A stretch of DNA of 64,000 bases. Source: Mizuhopecten yessoensis. Its lineage: Eukaryota. Shown here piece by piece: positions 51,201 to 63,856 of this stretch. The notes beneath the pieces are model-generated. The model saw only the letters and a program-made list of their open reading frames with translations. It had not been told where the DNA came from and made no database searches. The stretch is from assembly GCF_002113885.1 (NCBI RefSeq), contig NW_018405538.1, forward strand, positions 37,362 to 101,361. The letters are read 5' to 3'. How positions within the stretch are numbered: position 1 is the first letter of the stretch; each line of letters begins with the position of its first letter. A program made the translations under genes and the position numbers.

Positions 51201-54200
51201 TTCCCCACTCCATAGTTGCTGTTTGTGTGACAACACCTGGGATACCCACTCCATAGCTGTTTGTGTGACAACACCTGGGATTCCCCACTTCCCCGTTGCT
51301 GTTTGTGTGACAACACTTGGGATACCCCACTCCATAGTTGCTGTTTGGGTGACAATACCTGGGATACCCAACTCCATAGTTGCTGTTTGTGTGACACCAC
51401 CTTGGATACCCACTCCATAGCTGTTTGTGTGACAACACCTGGGATCCCCACTCCATAGCTGTTTGTGTGACAACACCTGGGATCCCCACTCCATAGCTGT
51501 TTGTGTGACAACACCTGGGATTCCCCACTTCCCCGTTGCTGTTTGTGTGACAATACCTGGGATACCCCTCTTCCACGTTGCTGTTTGTGTGACAATACCT
51601 GGTATACCCCTCTTCCATGTTGCTGTTTGTGTGACAATACCTGGGATACCCCCCTTCCACGTTGCTGTCTGTGTGACAATACCTGGTATACCCCTCTTCC
51701 ACGTTGCTGTTTGTGTGACAATACCTGGTATGCCCCTCTTCCACGTTGCTGTTTGTGTGACAATACCTGGGATTCCCAACTCCTCATTTGCTGTTTGTGT
51801 GACAACACTCAGGATACCCCAAGCCCCACCGGGATACCCCACTTCCACATTGCTGTTTGTGTGACAATACCTGGGATACCCCTCTTTCACGTTGCTGTTT
51901 GTGTGCCAACACCTGGGATACCTCACTTCCACATTTGCTGTTTGTATGACAATACCTCGGATACCCCAATCCCCACTGGGATACCCACTCCACAGTTGCT
52001 GCTTGTGTGACAACACCTGGGATACCCCAATCCCCACTGGGATACCCACTCCACGGTTGCTGTTTGTGTGACAACACCTGGGATACCCCACTCCATAGTT
52101 GCTGTTTCTCTGACAATACGTGGGATATCCCTCTTCTACATTTGCTGTGTGTGTGACAATACCTGGGATCCCTTACTTCCACATTGCTGTTTGTGTAACA
52201 GCACCTGGGATACTCCACTCCACATTTTCCACGTTGCTGTTTGTGTGACAACACTTGGGATACCCCACTCCATAGTTGCTGTTTGTGTGACAATCCCTGG
52301 GATACCCCACTCCATAGTTGCTGTTTGTGTGTCAACGATACCTGGGATACCCCACTCCATAGTTGCTGTTTCTCTGACAATACGTGGGATATCCCTCTTC
52401 TACATTTGCTGTGTGTGTGACAATACCTGGGATCCCTTACTTCCACATTGCTGTTTGTGTAACAGCACCTGGGATACTCCACTCCACATTTGCTGTTTGT
52501 GTGACAACACTTGGGATACCCCAATCCCCACTGGGATACCCACTCCACAGTTGCTGCTTGTGTGACAACACCTGGGATACCCCAATCCCCACTGGGATAC
52601 CCACTCCATAGTTGCTGTTTGTGTGACAATACCTGGGATGCCCCTCTTCCACGGTGCTGTTTGTGTGACAATACCTGGTATACCCCTCTTCCATGTTGCT
52701 GTTTGTGTGAGAATACCTGGGATACCCCACTCCATAGTTGCTGTTTGAGTGACAATACCTGGGATACCCCACTCCCTAGTTGCTGTTTGTGTGACAATAC
52801 CTGGGATACCCCACTTCCACGTTGCTGTTTGTGTGACAATACCTGGTATGCCCCTCTTCCACGTTGCTGTTTGTGTGACAATACCTGGGATTCCCCTACT
52901 TCCACGTTGCTGTTTGTGTGACAACAATACCCCACTCCATAGTTGCTGTTTGTGTGACAATACCTGGGATACCCCACTCCATAGTTGCTGTTTCTCTGAC
53001 AATACATGGGATATCCCTCTTCTACATTTGCTGTGTGTGTGACAATACCTGGGATCCCTTACTTCCACATTGCTGTTTGTGTAACAGCACCTGGGATACT
53101 CCACTCCACATTTGCTGTTTGTGTGACAACACTTGGGATACCCCAATCCCCACTGGGATACCCACTCCACAGTTGCTGTTTGTGTGACAACACCTGGGAT
53201 ACCCCAATCCCCACTGGGATACCCACTCCACGGTTGCTGTTTGTGTGACAACACCTGGGATACCCCACTTCCACATTTGCTGTTTGTAAGACAATACGCT
53301 GGATACCCCAATCCCCCCCGGGATACCCCACTTCCATGTTGCTGTTTGTGTGACAATACATGGGATACCCCACTTCCACATTTGCTGTTTGTATGACAAT
53401 ACCTCAGATACCCAATCCCCACTGGGATACCCACTCCATAGTTGCTGTTTGTGTGACAATACCTGGGATACCCCTCTTCCACGTTACTGTTTTGTGTGAC
53501 AATACCCGGGATTCCCAACTCCATAGTTGCTGTTTGTGTGACAACGCCTGGGATCCCTCACTTCCACATTTGCTGTTTGTGTGACAACACCTGGGATACC
53601 CCACTCTATAGTTGCTGTTTGTGTGACAATACCTGGGATACCCCTCTTTCACGTTGCTGTTTGTGTGCCAACACCTGGGATACCTCACTTCCACATTTGC
53701 TGTTTGTATGACAATACCCCGGATACCCCAATCCCCACTGGTATACCCACTCCACGGTTGCTGTTTGTGTGACAACACCTGGGATACCCCAATCCCCACT
53801 GGGATGCCCCACTTCCACATTGCTGTTTGTGTGACAACACCTGGGATACCCCACTTCCACATTTGCTGTTTGTAAGACAATACGCTGGATACCCCAATCC
53901 CCTCCGGGATACCCCACTTCCATGTTGCTGTTTGTGTGACAACACCTGGGATACCCCACTTCCACATTTGCTGTTTGTATGACAATACCTCGGATACCCC
54001 AATCCCCACTGGGATACCCACTCCATAGTTGCTGTTTGTATGACAATACCCCGGATACCCTAATCCCCACTGGGATACCCACTCCACGGTTGCTGTTTGT
54101 GTGATAATACCTGGGATACCCCTCTTTCACGTTGCTGTTTGTGTGCCATCGCCTGGGATACCTCACTTCCACATTTGCTGTTTGTATGACAATGCCTCGG

Positions 54201-54312
54201 ATGCCCCAATCCCCACTGGGATACCCACTCCACGGCTGCTGTTTGTGTGAGAATACCAGGGATACCTCACTTCCACATTGCAGTTTGTTTGACAACACCT
54301 GGGATACCCCAC
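48270..54312. repeat. Intronic satellite D: 41-nt unit gggatacccactccatagtggctgtttgtgtgacaacacct with 38-44 nt variants
   Basis: Direct periodicity; homogeneous core ~48830-49860, increasingly diverged toward 54300. Confidence 0.97.
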
Positions 54313-54656
54313 TGCACATTTATTTGCTCTACAGGATGCCCCCCGCCCCTCCCCCTCACTGGACCCTTTACTACAGCAAAGTTTGGCTGGACAATGAAGG
54401 CAGCTTTACAAGGTTTTACTGTATTTTCTATCAAATCTACGATTTTGTGCTACAGGGTATATTTTTCTCATGTTTGATAGATGATTCCAGTCATCTTTTG
54501 TGATAGTATAACGGGTACCTACCGGTGTGCCCAGTTTGACCGATCATCAAGCTAAACGTAGTACCTTGACTGGACCTAGTAATGCTGGAATAGTGTACAC
54601 CTCCGTTCCAAGACTTTCAGTTTCCCTTGATACTAATAACTATGTTCTCTTTGTAG

Positions 54657-54708
54657 ATGAAGATAATCTTGGCACTGGTGGTTGTTATCATACTGGCAGT
54701 TATTATCA
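54657..54708 (+). CDS. VAMP4: VAMP4 coding exon 6, transmembrane anchor (MKIILALVVVIILAVII)
   Basis: ctctttgtag acceptor, gtaagt donor, hydrophobic segment in the expected phase. Confidence 0.92.
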
Positions 54709-55513
54709 GTAAGTAATTAGTGTCTGAAGGGCCACGTGGGCTATTGCAGTCTGTTGTCATCCGTTGTTTGCCTGTATTTTTAACTTTTTCAATGGACAAC
54801 TTCTTCTCATAACCACTCTGCTTATTACATCCAACTTTAGTAGGAAGTATTCCTTGACGATGTTGAGACATAGTCAAGGTCATAGTGACCCCTAGCAGTG
54901 TAGTAATTCCTTTGACCTTGACATATATTTAAGGTCATAGGGATTAGATCTGTTAAAATGCTCATACAACCTCTTCTAACTAACCAAATCATATAGTATG
55001 TTGATATTTGTCCATAAGCTTGCTGGCATGAAGTGTCCAAATGATTGTGAAAAAAATGGTCATGGCCCAAATCCAAGGTCACCCGAGTCTAATTTGTTAA
55101 ACACTAAACAACTTCTTCTGAAGAACCAAAGGAGTAGAGTCATAGAATGTGAAAAGTAGATTGCTGGAATGGTGTGCTACAAAGTTTTTGAAAAGAAGTG
55201 ACCTTGATCAATATTTAGAGTCAGCGTTCAAATTTATCAAAACACTCAAAATGACTTCAAAAGAGTACTGGGAAACCTATTAACATGATCTTAAAATATA
55301 CGGTACAGTGATTTTAAACAAAGTGAAAAATTTAACTATGTAGCACAATAAACAGTATCTGTAACAACAGTTTATGAACTGTATAATTATGTATGCCCAT
55401 GTTACTTGAGGCAGGGATGGGCAATGGGTAATATGTTTGCCTTGTCTGTCTTTCCGTCACATTCCTTGGCATCACGATCTGCCCTACTTCTACGGCTACT
55501 AAAAATGGAATTT

Positions 55514-55663
55514 AACAAAAGATAGTTAGCTTGTGATCACTCTAACAGAAGATAGTTATCTTGTGATCACTCTAACAGAAGATAGTTATCTTGTGATCAC
55601 TCTAACTGAAGATAGTTAGCTTGTGATCACTCTAACAGAAGATAGTTAGCTTGTGATCACTCT
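55514..55663. repeat. 30-nt x5 tandem repeat aacagaagatagttagcttgtgatcactct
   Basis: Direct repeats. Confidence 0.9.
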
Positions 55664-55825
55664 ATAGATGAAGCTAGGACATGTTAATTGTGAGTCTTGC
55701 TCACTTTCTCTTTTTAGATATCCAGTAAATAATTGAAATACATTAAAATAATTCACGAAGTACCAATAATTAATATACAGTGCAATAATTAAATTATGAC
55801 GTGGAGTTAATATTTCTGTTATCAG

Positions 55826-55863
55826 TTCCTATCATCATGAGTCACACAGGAAACGATGGCTAG
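55826..55863 (+). CDS. VAMP4: VAMP4 last coding exon (IPIIMSHTGNDG*)
   Basis: ttctgttatcag acceptor, phase 1 fits, stop TAG 55861-55863, AATAAA at 56059; total CDS 435 nt. Confidence 0.8.
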
Positions 55864-57345
55864 GAGGTGATGAATGCGTACTGGAGAGCTGTGATACAAG
55901 AAGCGGGTGGAGGCGTGCTGGAGAGCTGTGACGTCAGATCTGTTACCTTAACTTCCCTGATTTATCTCCCTTCTGTAGCCCTGTAGGGTCTTTTCTTTTT
56001 GTAAATATATCTATAAGCTTTATTTAACATGTGATGGAAGTTTTTATTTGTTTCTTATAATAAAATTATGCTTTTCAGTTGTTTTTCCTGACATGTAGAC
56101 CAATTACACTTAATCCTGTTCATTTCCCGTTCCTTTTGCTTCTATTATAATTGAAAAATTCTTCTAGTTCAGGAAAATAACAATGATCAAATGATATTGA
56201 ACGAATATTTATCAGTTCTATTGCTAAATGCATTGAAGCAAATGCTCTAAAGAAACGTTACAATTGGCCCGAAGCATTGATCTACATAGGCGTTATTTCG
56301 TGCAATTTGTCCATTTTGATTGTAAAGTAATTTGAATGTATTTATTGTGAAGATTATTGTGTATATTTATGTTAAATGTATTGATGTACTATCAGAAAAG
56401 TATATGAACCAATTAAGGTGTTATCGCTTCTAACTGTTTCAAAGGTTTCCATTTTTGTCATGTGATTAATGTTTTTGTACTACTTACTGTGTTCACAGTA
56501 GCATAGTATGTGGCATATGTCAGTCTTTGTTTTGTAGGTGAATGATGTTTTTTAAAGAAAGTATGTGCCAATGTCAACTCCTGATGAAACAATCCATTGT
56601 CATGATATGTGTTGTAATGGATGAGTGGACAGCAGATATCTGTCATGTTTACAAATATATGTGTAATACATGTTGAAGACCGATTCCCAAAAAAACATTG
56701 ATACAACTCAATGTTTACTTTCGTGCTACATCATTATTTTCATGTGTAGGTGTTAATGGAAATGTAGGAACTGCAATACCATAATGAATCAGTCGGATGT
56801 GAGGAAAGGTATAAAACACGATTTTTATTTAAGTGACAAATATGTCTGAGCTATGTAAAAAAAGCTTTAATTGGATGACGTCGTAATATCTCATTTCAAG
56901 TTTGGGTTGAAATTTTCAATTATTCTTTAATAAAAATGGCCATACTTACATAATTCAATATGCAAATTACCGGAACCTTTTTGATATACCTGGTATATGA
57001 AATATTAAGCATTTATTCGTTTTTAGATAAATCATGAATTAAAAATTTGGTGTCGAGGACGTTAAACCCCCCAAAAAACTAAAATCTGTGTCAGCTAGTA
57101 TGTAGACAGTTACAAAGGGGCGATTTTCTGTAACTATGAGGATGAAAGATTTAAAATATTGTGTACTATTTTGTCATCAAAAGCATGACAAAGTCGCAGG
57201 TGATTTGTCCGATAAGATACACGTGACAATAAAAATGAAACAATGTTCGATGTGTTTGTTATCTCCCTAGGAATTTTTAAGTTAATTTGCATTGTGATAA
57301 GCCTCACTTTTCTGATATGGCAAGCCTCTGCCTGATCACACTGAA

Positions 57346-57449
57346 GCGAGATTCCCCGAGAGGTTACAATACAAAAGTTTGCGAGATTCCCCGAGAGGTT
57401 ACAATACAAAAGTTCGCGAGATTCCCCGAGAGGTTACAATACAAAAGTT
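57346..57449. repeat. 35-nt x3 tandem repeat just past the putative TMC stop codon
   Basis: gcgagattccccgagaggttacaatacaaaagtt repeated. Confidence 0.9.
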
Positions 57450-57482
57450 GTGTTTCTGTGGTAGTTAAAATGTAAATGTACA

Positions 57483-57790
57483 TCAATACCCAGAACTTGC
57501 TGAAACTGTCGCCCGAGGATGAACAATGACGTTCGCCTCCAATCGACCATGATCGTGTGGTGTGTTATAATATCGGCTGGTAATGTTCCGACGGTCGTCG
57601 TCAGATACGTTAGGTTGTGACGTCACGTTATCTGCCCGTTGAATTTCTGGTTGACCTGTGTCACGTGCACTGAACCTTGGAATAGCTGGTTCCTGTTTGT
57701 GTGGAGGTTTTCTTCTCTTCAATAAACCGATTTTGTATCTCTGAATTCTGTTGATAGTTTCCGTGTCTTCCTCTGTCTCTGCGTCGATGT
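57483..57790 (-). CDS. TMC gene, putative last exon (DIDAETEEDTETINRIQRYKIG...SASSGY*)
   Basis: ttgcttcccag acceptor; phase 1 matches the previous exon; open to stop. Confidence 0.65.
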
Positions 57791-58290
57791 CTGGGAAGCA
57801 AGACAACAAAATAATAAATTTTGAAGTTTGAACAATGAAAGAATGAATTGTACTTAGTTTACTCATTGATTTTTAATACTCTCACACATTATGTTACTAG
57901 GAAACGTATACAAGTGGTCCAGCTTATGTTTAACTAACGACGTCAGTGCCGACGATGTCCTATTGCATGTAGAAATGATCCACGTTTTATTACACGCTGA
58001 ATCTAATAAAAAAAGAAGAATGCTTTACATTTAACTTTTGAAAATGTATGAAATTATCACGGAGAACGTATCAAAGTTTCTTTATCAACACAACCGGTAT
58101 GATATATGTGAGATATACAATAGGCATTGGAGCATTTCCTCATGAAGGAGACGGTGAATATGTTACTAGTCATCGAAACGTCACATAAAACTTCACTGGT
58201 TGTGCTATATGAACCTTATACAGGGTGTAGTTTCCGGACTGTGAGTTGTCACATGCTGTACCTTATCTGAAAGTCTTAGAGGTTATTTAC

Positions 58291-58418
58291 CCAAACTGTC
58301 GTTATTGTCACGCTTAACTCGCGTGCGTGTGGTCTCCAGTGCGCCTTCCTCCGTAATTGGTACAATGTCGTTCATCTGAAGGACTTGTGCCGTGTGTTGG
58401 TCTTCACTGGTTTGTTGG
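58291..58418 (-). CDS. TMC gene, C-terminal tail exon (SQQTSEDQ...DNNDSL)
   Basis: ttttattgtag / G|gtaaat; phase 2-1 consistent. Confidence 0.65.
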
Positions 58419-58593
58419 CTACAATAAAATATATTGCGCTGGTCAATTAGATCGATAACTCATACGTATGTAGATAAATTTTTGGTAAATATGATGTTGC
58501 TTTACATATCACATATATTACAAAAGTAATTCATTACATAGACAGTAACATGCCTTCAATTTGATCTTTCATTATAAAGAAAGTGACTCATAC

Positions 58594-58972
58594 CTTTCTT
58601 TCTTCAGTGTAACCTTCCGGAATTTCTGTGTCGCTTGAACAATTGCTACTTTTGTATTCCCTTGTGTTGCGTTATCTGTTTCTACTTCCGCCGTTATGGC
58701 TCTATCTGTGGAAGCTCTCGGTTGCGTTATCCTGGCTGTCTTTCTTATCTCAGTCCGAGAGTCAATCCGTGTGCCCGATGTTGACTTCAGTGATACAGTT
58801 CCTTTTGGTTCAACTGTTGACGTTTGTCTTGGTCCTACTTTGGATGTTCCAGCTCTAGTTTGTCCTCCTTTGGACGGCTGATAAACATTCCCAGCCTTTA
58901 GTGGTCCTACCTTAGACGTCTGACCAGCAGATAGCAGCTTGGCTACTCTTGTTGCTGCCAGCATGGACATGG
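58594..58972 (-). CDS. TMC gene, C-terminal tail exon (AMSMLAATRVAK...KVTLKKE)
   Basis: ggaatag acceptor, AG|gtatga donor; 379 nt open; phase 1-2. Confidence 0.7.
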
Positions 58973-59081
58973 CTATTCCGACAGAAAAGAACACGCTCAT
59001 TAAACAGCAGTTACTCTATGAACATACACGCGTAGAACATGAATTAACATGTTGATCAGGTTAAAAGGAGCTCGTACATAC

Positions 59082-59195
59082 CAGCGTTGCCCAGGCCCCC
59101 TTGGTTTCTCCTTGGCCCCACCTTCGGGCCACCATGCCCGGGTACCTCGCGCGAGTTCTTGGCTGACTGACCGTCCGACTTCAGCTTCCATGTGG
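59082..59195 (-). CDS. TMC gene, C-terminal tail exon (ATWKLKSDGQ...GGLGNA)
   Basis: catcttacag / G|gtatgt; phase 1-1; open frame. Confidence 0.68.
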
Positions 59196-59620
59196 CTGTA
59201 AGATGATAAAAGACTACACATGGTTGTTAGACAAAGGTAAAGGATAAATGACCCAACGTGATTCAAAAGAAGTGGAAGAACATAATAGATTCCACGCGGC
59301 AGTAAGGTAGTGGTTAAGACAACAGATTCCAGGCTGTAAGGAAGTTGTCGGTGGTTGAGGTAAAAGATAAAAAGACCCACATGAGCCTGTAAAAAGAACT
59401 AGAAAACATCTAAATGAGAAAACCTTAATTCAAACTCAAAATTGAAGAAACTAGGGCAGTTATCAACGAATGAAACCTCACATGGAAAACCTTGAAGATT
59501 ATATAGAGAATAAAACCACTTATTTCGTATGTATAAGCGACTTTTGCTTCATCGACGAATGGAGCTTGGTAAAGTTCAAGCAATATCACGTCCTAAAGGG
59601 AGAACCGGGGTAGTGACAAC

Positions 59621-61981
59621 GAAACACCGAGCTTACTAATGAGCAAAAATATAAAACACCGAGCTTACTTATGAGCAAAATTATAAAACACCGAGCTTAC
59701 TAATGAGCAAAAAAATAAAACACCGAGCTTACTAATGAGCAATATATAAAATACCAACCTTACTAATGAGCAAAAATATAAAACACCGAGCTTACTAATG
59801 AGCAAAAATATTAAACACCGAGCTTACTAATGAGCAAAAATATAAAACACCGAGCTTACTACTGAGCAAAATATAAAACACCAAGCATACTAATGAGCAA
59901 AAATATAAAACACCGAGCTTACTAATGAGCAAAAATATAAAACACCGAGCATACTAATGAACAAAATATAAAACATCGAGCTTACTAATGAGCAAAAATA
60001 TAAAACATCGAGCATACTAATGAACAAAATATAAAACATCGAGCTTACTAATGAGCAAAAATATAAAACATCGAGCATACTAATGAACAAAATATAAAAC
60101 ATCGAGCTTTCTAATGAGCAAATATATAAAACACCGAGCATACTAATGAGCAAAAATATAAAACATCGAGCATACTAATGAACAAAATATAAAACATCGA
60201 GCTTACTAATGAGCAAAAATATAAACCACCGAGCATACTTATGAGCAAAATATAAAACACCGAGCTTACTAATGAGCAATAAAAATAAAACACCGAGCTT
60301 ACTAATCAGCACAAATATAAAACACCGAGCTTACTAATCAGCACAAATATAAAACACCGAGCATACTAATGAGCACAAATATAAAACACCAAGCTTACTA
60401 ATGAGCAAAAATATAAAACACTGAGCATACTTATGAGCAAAATATAAAACACCGAGCTTACTAATGAGCAATAAAAATAAAACACCGAGCTTCCTAATCA
60501 GCACAAATATAAAACACCGAGCTTACTAATCAGCACAAATATAAAACACCGAGCATACTAATGAGCACAAATATAAAACACCAAGCTTACTAATGAGCAA
60601 AAATATATAACACAGAGCTTACAAATGAGCAAAAATATAAAACCCCCAACTTACAAATGAGCAAAAATATAAAACACCGAGCTTACTACTGAACAAAATA
60701 TAAAACACCAAGCATACTAATGAGCAAAAATGTAAAACACCGAGCTTACTAATGAGCAAAAATATAAAACATCGAGCATACTAATGAACAAAATATAAAA
60801 CATCGAGCTTACTAATGAGAAAAAATATAAAACACCGAGCATACTAATGAGCGCAAATATAAAACACCGAGCTTACTAATGAGCATAAACATAAAACACC
60901 GAGCATACTAATGAGCACAAATATTAAACACCGAGCATACTAATTAGCAAAAATATAAAACACCGAGCTTACTAATGAGCATAAATATAAAACACCGAGC
61001 ATACTAATGAGCAAAAATATAAGACACCGAGCTTACAAATGAGCAAAAATATAAAACACCCAACTTACAAATGAGCAAAAATATAAAACACCGAGCTTAC
61101 TCATGAGCGCAAATATAAAACACCGAGCGTACTAATGAGCAAAATATAAAACACCGAGCATACAAATGAGAAAAAATATAAAACACCGAGCTTACAAATG
61201 AGCAACAATATAAACCACCGAGCTTACTAATGAGCAAAATATAAAACACCGAGCTTACTAATGAACAAATATTTAAAACACCGAGCATACTAATGAGCAA
61301 AAATATAAGACACCGAGCTTACAAATGAGCAAAAATATAAAACACCCAACTTACAAATGAGCAAAAATATAAAACACCGAGCTTACAAATGAGCAACAAT
61401 ATAAACCACCGAGCTTACTAATGAGCAAATATATAAAACATCGAGCTTACTAATGAGCAAAAATATAAAACACCGAGTATACTAATGAGCAAAAATATAA
61501 AACATCGAGCTTACTAATGAGCACAAATATAAAACACTGAGCATACTAATGAGCACAAATATTTAACACCGAGCATACTAATGAGCAAAAATATAAACCA
61601 CCGAGCTTACTCATGAACAAATATATAAAACACCGAGCTTACTAATGAGCAAAAATATAAAACCCCGAGCATACTAATGAGCAAAATATAAAACACCGAG
61701 CTTACTAATGAACAAATATATAAAACACAGAGATTACTAATGAGCAAAATATAAAACACCGAGCATACTAATGAGCAAAAATATAAAACACCGAGCTTAC
61801 AAATGAGCAAAAATATAAAACACCGAGCTTACTAATGAGCGCAAATATAAAACACCGAGCTTACTAATGAGCAAAATATAAAACACCGAGCATACTAATG
61901 AGCAAAAATATAAAACACCGAGCTTACAAATGAGCAAAAATATAAAACACCGAGCTTACTAATGAGCAAAAATATAAAACA
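59621..61981. repeat. Intronic satellite F: 31-32-nt unit aatgagcaaaaatataaaacaccgagcttact, ~74 copies
   Basis: Direct periodicity within a TMC intron. Confidence 0.97.
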
Positions 61982-62307
61982 AGTGGTTAAGAAAACAATC
62001 CTTAAAGGAAATGGTTTCGATAAAAAAGCAAAAGGAAGTCTAAGGTAGCGACAGAAAATAAACGATCCTCCATGGCTGTAAGGGGATGTTAGACATGAAA
62101 ATTCCAATTTGATTTAAGGAAATAGTTAGGATCAAATACCTAACGCGGATGTTAAGTAGGTAGATGTTGAAAGACTTCACATTGCTGTAAGGAAGAGTTT
62201 AAGATGTAATACTCGAGTGGCTGTAGGGAGGTGGTAGAGGCTACTAAGACAGCGACATGTACGACATGTACGACATGGCTGTTACAGTAAGGAGATAACA
62301 TACTTAC

Positions 62308-62350
62308 CATCCGCCATTGCGTATATCTTCCTCTTCCCCTCGGTTCGTTC
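62308..62350 (-). CDS. TMC3: TMC gene exon (ERTEGKRKIYAMAD)
   Basis: taattag / G|gtaagt; resembles the post-TM10 helix of TMC1-3. Confidence 0.82.
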
Positions 62351-62675
62351 CTAATTAGATCAACATACTACTTTATAGAAGGCCTAGTTCATTAGTATGT
62401 TTTGGACTTATATTTTTAATCGTAATGTAAGAAGACGAGACGTGTCTTAGGTTATTAAGTCATGAAGTCCTACTTTTAAAAACAATCAATTATTCTAAAC
62501 AACGTGACTGCAATAATATTGTAGTAGTTACAAGCTGGAGAAGCTGAATCAGACATAACTCCCTAAAACGGATATTAATTTATAGTTGAGGTTGTTCTTG
62601 GAATACGAAATTGCTGCTATGATTTACTTACGGCAGTTCTTTACATCTACAGTTTTTTCTGAACAAGTAACTTAC

Positions 62676-62754
62676 ATATTCCAACGCTATCCGTAGCTGC
62701 TTGTTGGCATCCCTGAGAGATTGGCTCACAATCGTCAAATAATAAATGAGCATT
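62676..62754 (-). CDS. TMC3: TMC gene exon (GMLIYYLTIVSQSLRDANKQLRIALEY)
   Basis: ccacag / gtaagt; MLIYYL..S..L..AN..L matches the TMC1-3 end of TM10. Confidence 0.9.
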
Positions 62755-63021
62755 CTGTGGTAAAAGAGAGATAATTAATTTGGTATTATCATCTTAGAAA
62801 ATGTTAACATACAGTTATTTACGGTTTAACAACAGGTATAGAGATCAGTGTTATTGGTGAGTCGTCCGGTATCTTTACTTTTACAACTAGTCTCGTTGAA
62901 CCAGCCTCTTAATGACCTACGAGACTTAAACATATAAATACATCTGTTTGGGGTAGTGTCCTGGAACCAATAATAAGCTTGTTTTGCGAAGCTAATCTAT
63001 AGTATCCACCAGATGGCGCAC

Positions 63022-63147
63022 CCAAGCAACATGAAGAGCGGCACGATGACGACGGGTGACGAGGTGTATTCTAGGATCGTTCCCGCCACACTAGGTAGGT
63101 CCTGTTCTATCGTGTCTGTCAGTGTACTCAGTATCTGTTGCTGACCA
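63022..63147 (-). CDS. TMC3: TMC gene exon (SGQQQILSTLTDTIEQDLP...SSPVVIVPLFMLL)
   Basis: tatttcag / GG|gtgcgc; phase 2-2; SSPVVI.P motif as in TMC3. Confidence 0.88.
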
Positions 63148-63387
63148 CTGAAATAGGAAAACCATGGTTTATCATCTTTTACACATTTTACGTCGGCATA
63201 CGAATCCAATACGATGGAGAAAAGTACCACTGATAGGTCATTAATTGACGAAAAGGCAATATGGCGAAATAAGTATTTACGTTCTGCATCAACAAGGTAA
63301 TTTTCGTAATAGTACCTCTTTAATTCGTATTTCTAATGATCATTTAACTTTACATGGAGAGATAAACTAGGTTATTTAAGACTTTCA

Positions 63388-63711
<324 letters not shown>

Positions 63712-63788
63712 TTAAGAAATATTAACAAATTATGAAACCTAGCTACGATAAGATCACGAGATTGATCACATGAGGTGAGTTTACCTAC

Positions 63789-63856
63789 CAGACGACCCCT
63801 TGATTGTTCACAAGATGAAGGAGATTTTCAGCAGTCTTGAAATCAGCATATTCAGG
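63789..63856 (-). CDS. TMC3: TMC gene exon (PEYADFKTAENLLHLVNNQGVVW); gene continues beyond the window
   Basis: TMC-domain F..AEN.L.L..NQG..W motif; tttgatag / gtaggt. Confidence 0.93.

Noticed and set aside
36400-54312. Shared ttgtgtgaca motif between satellites C and D as a common protein-binding site
   Set aside because: Only ~10 nt with no further alignment; cannot be separated from chance without statistics
48220-54319. Very long minus-strand ORFs (up to 928 aa)
   Set aside because: 41-nt satellite lacking stops in all three frames; the same peptide cycles through frames
59000-59380. 126-aa minus-strand ORF
   Set aside because: Overlaps the predicted TMC exon 59082-59195 in a different frame; the splice-phase-consistent frame is preferred
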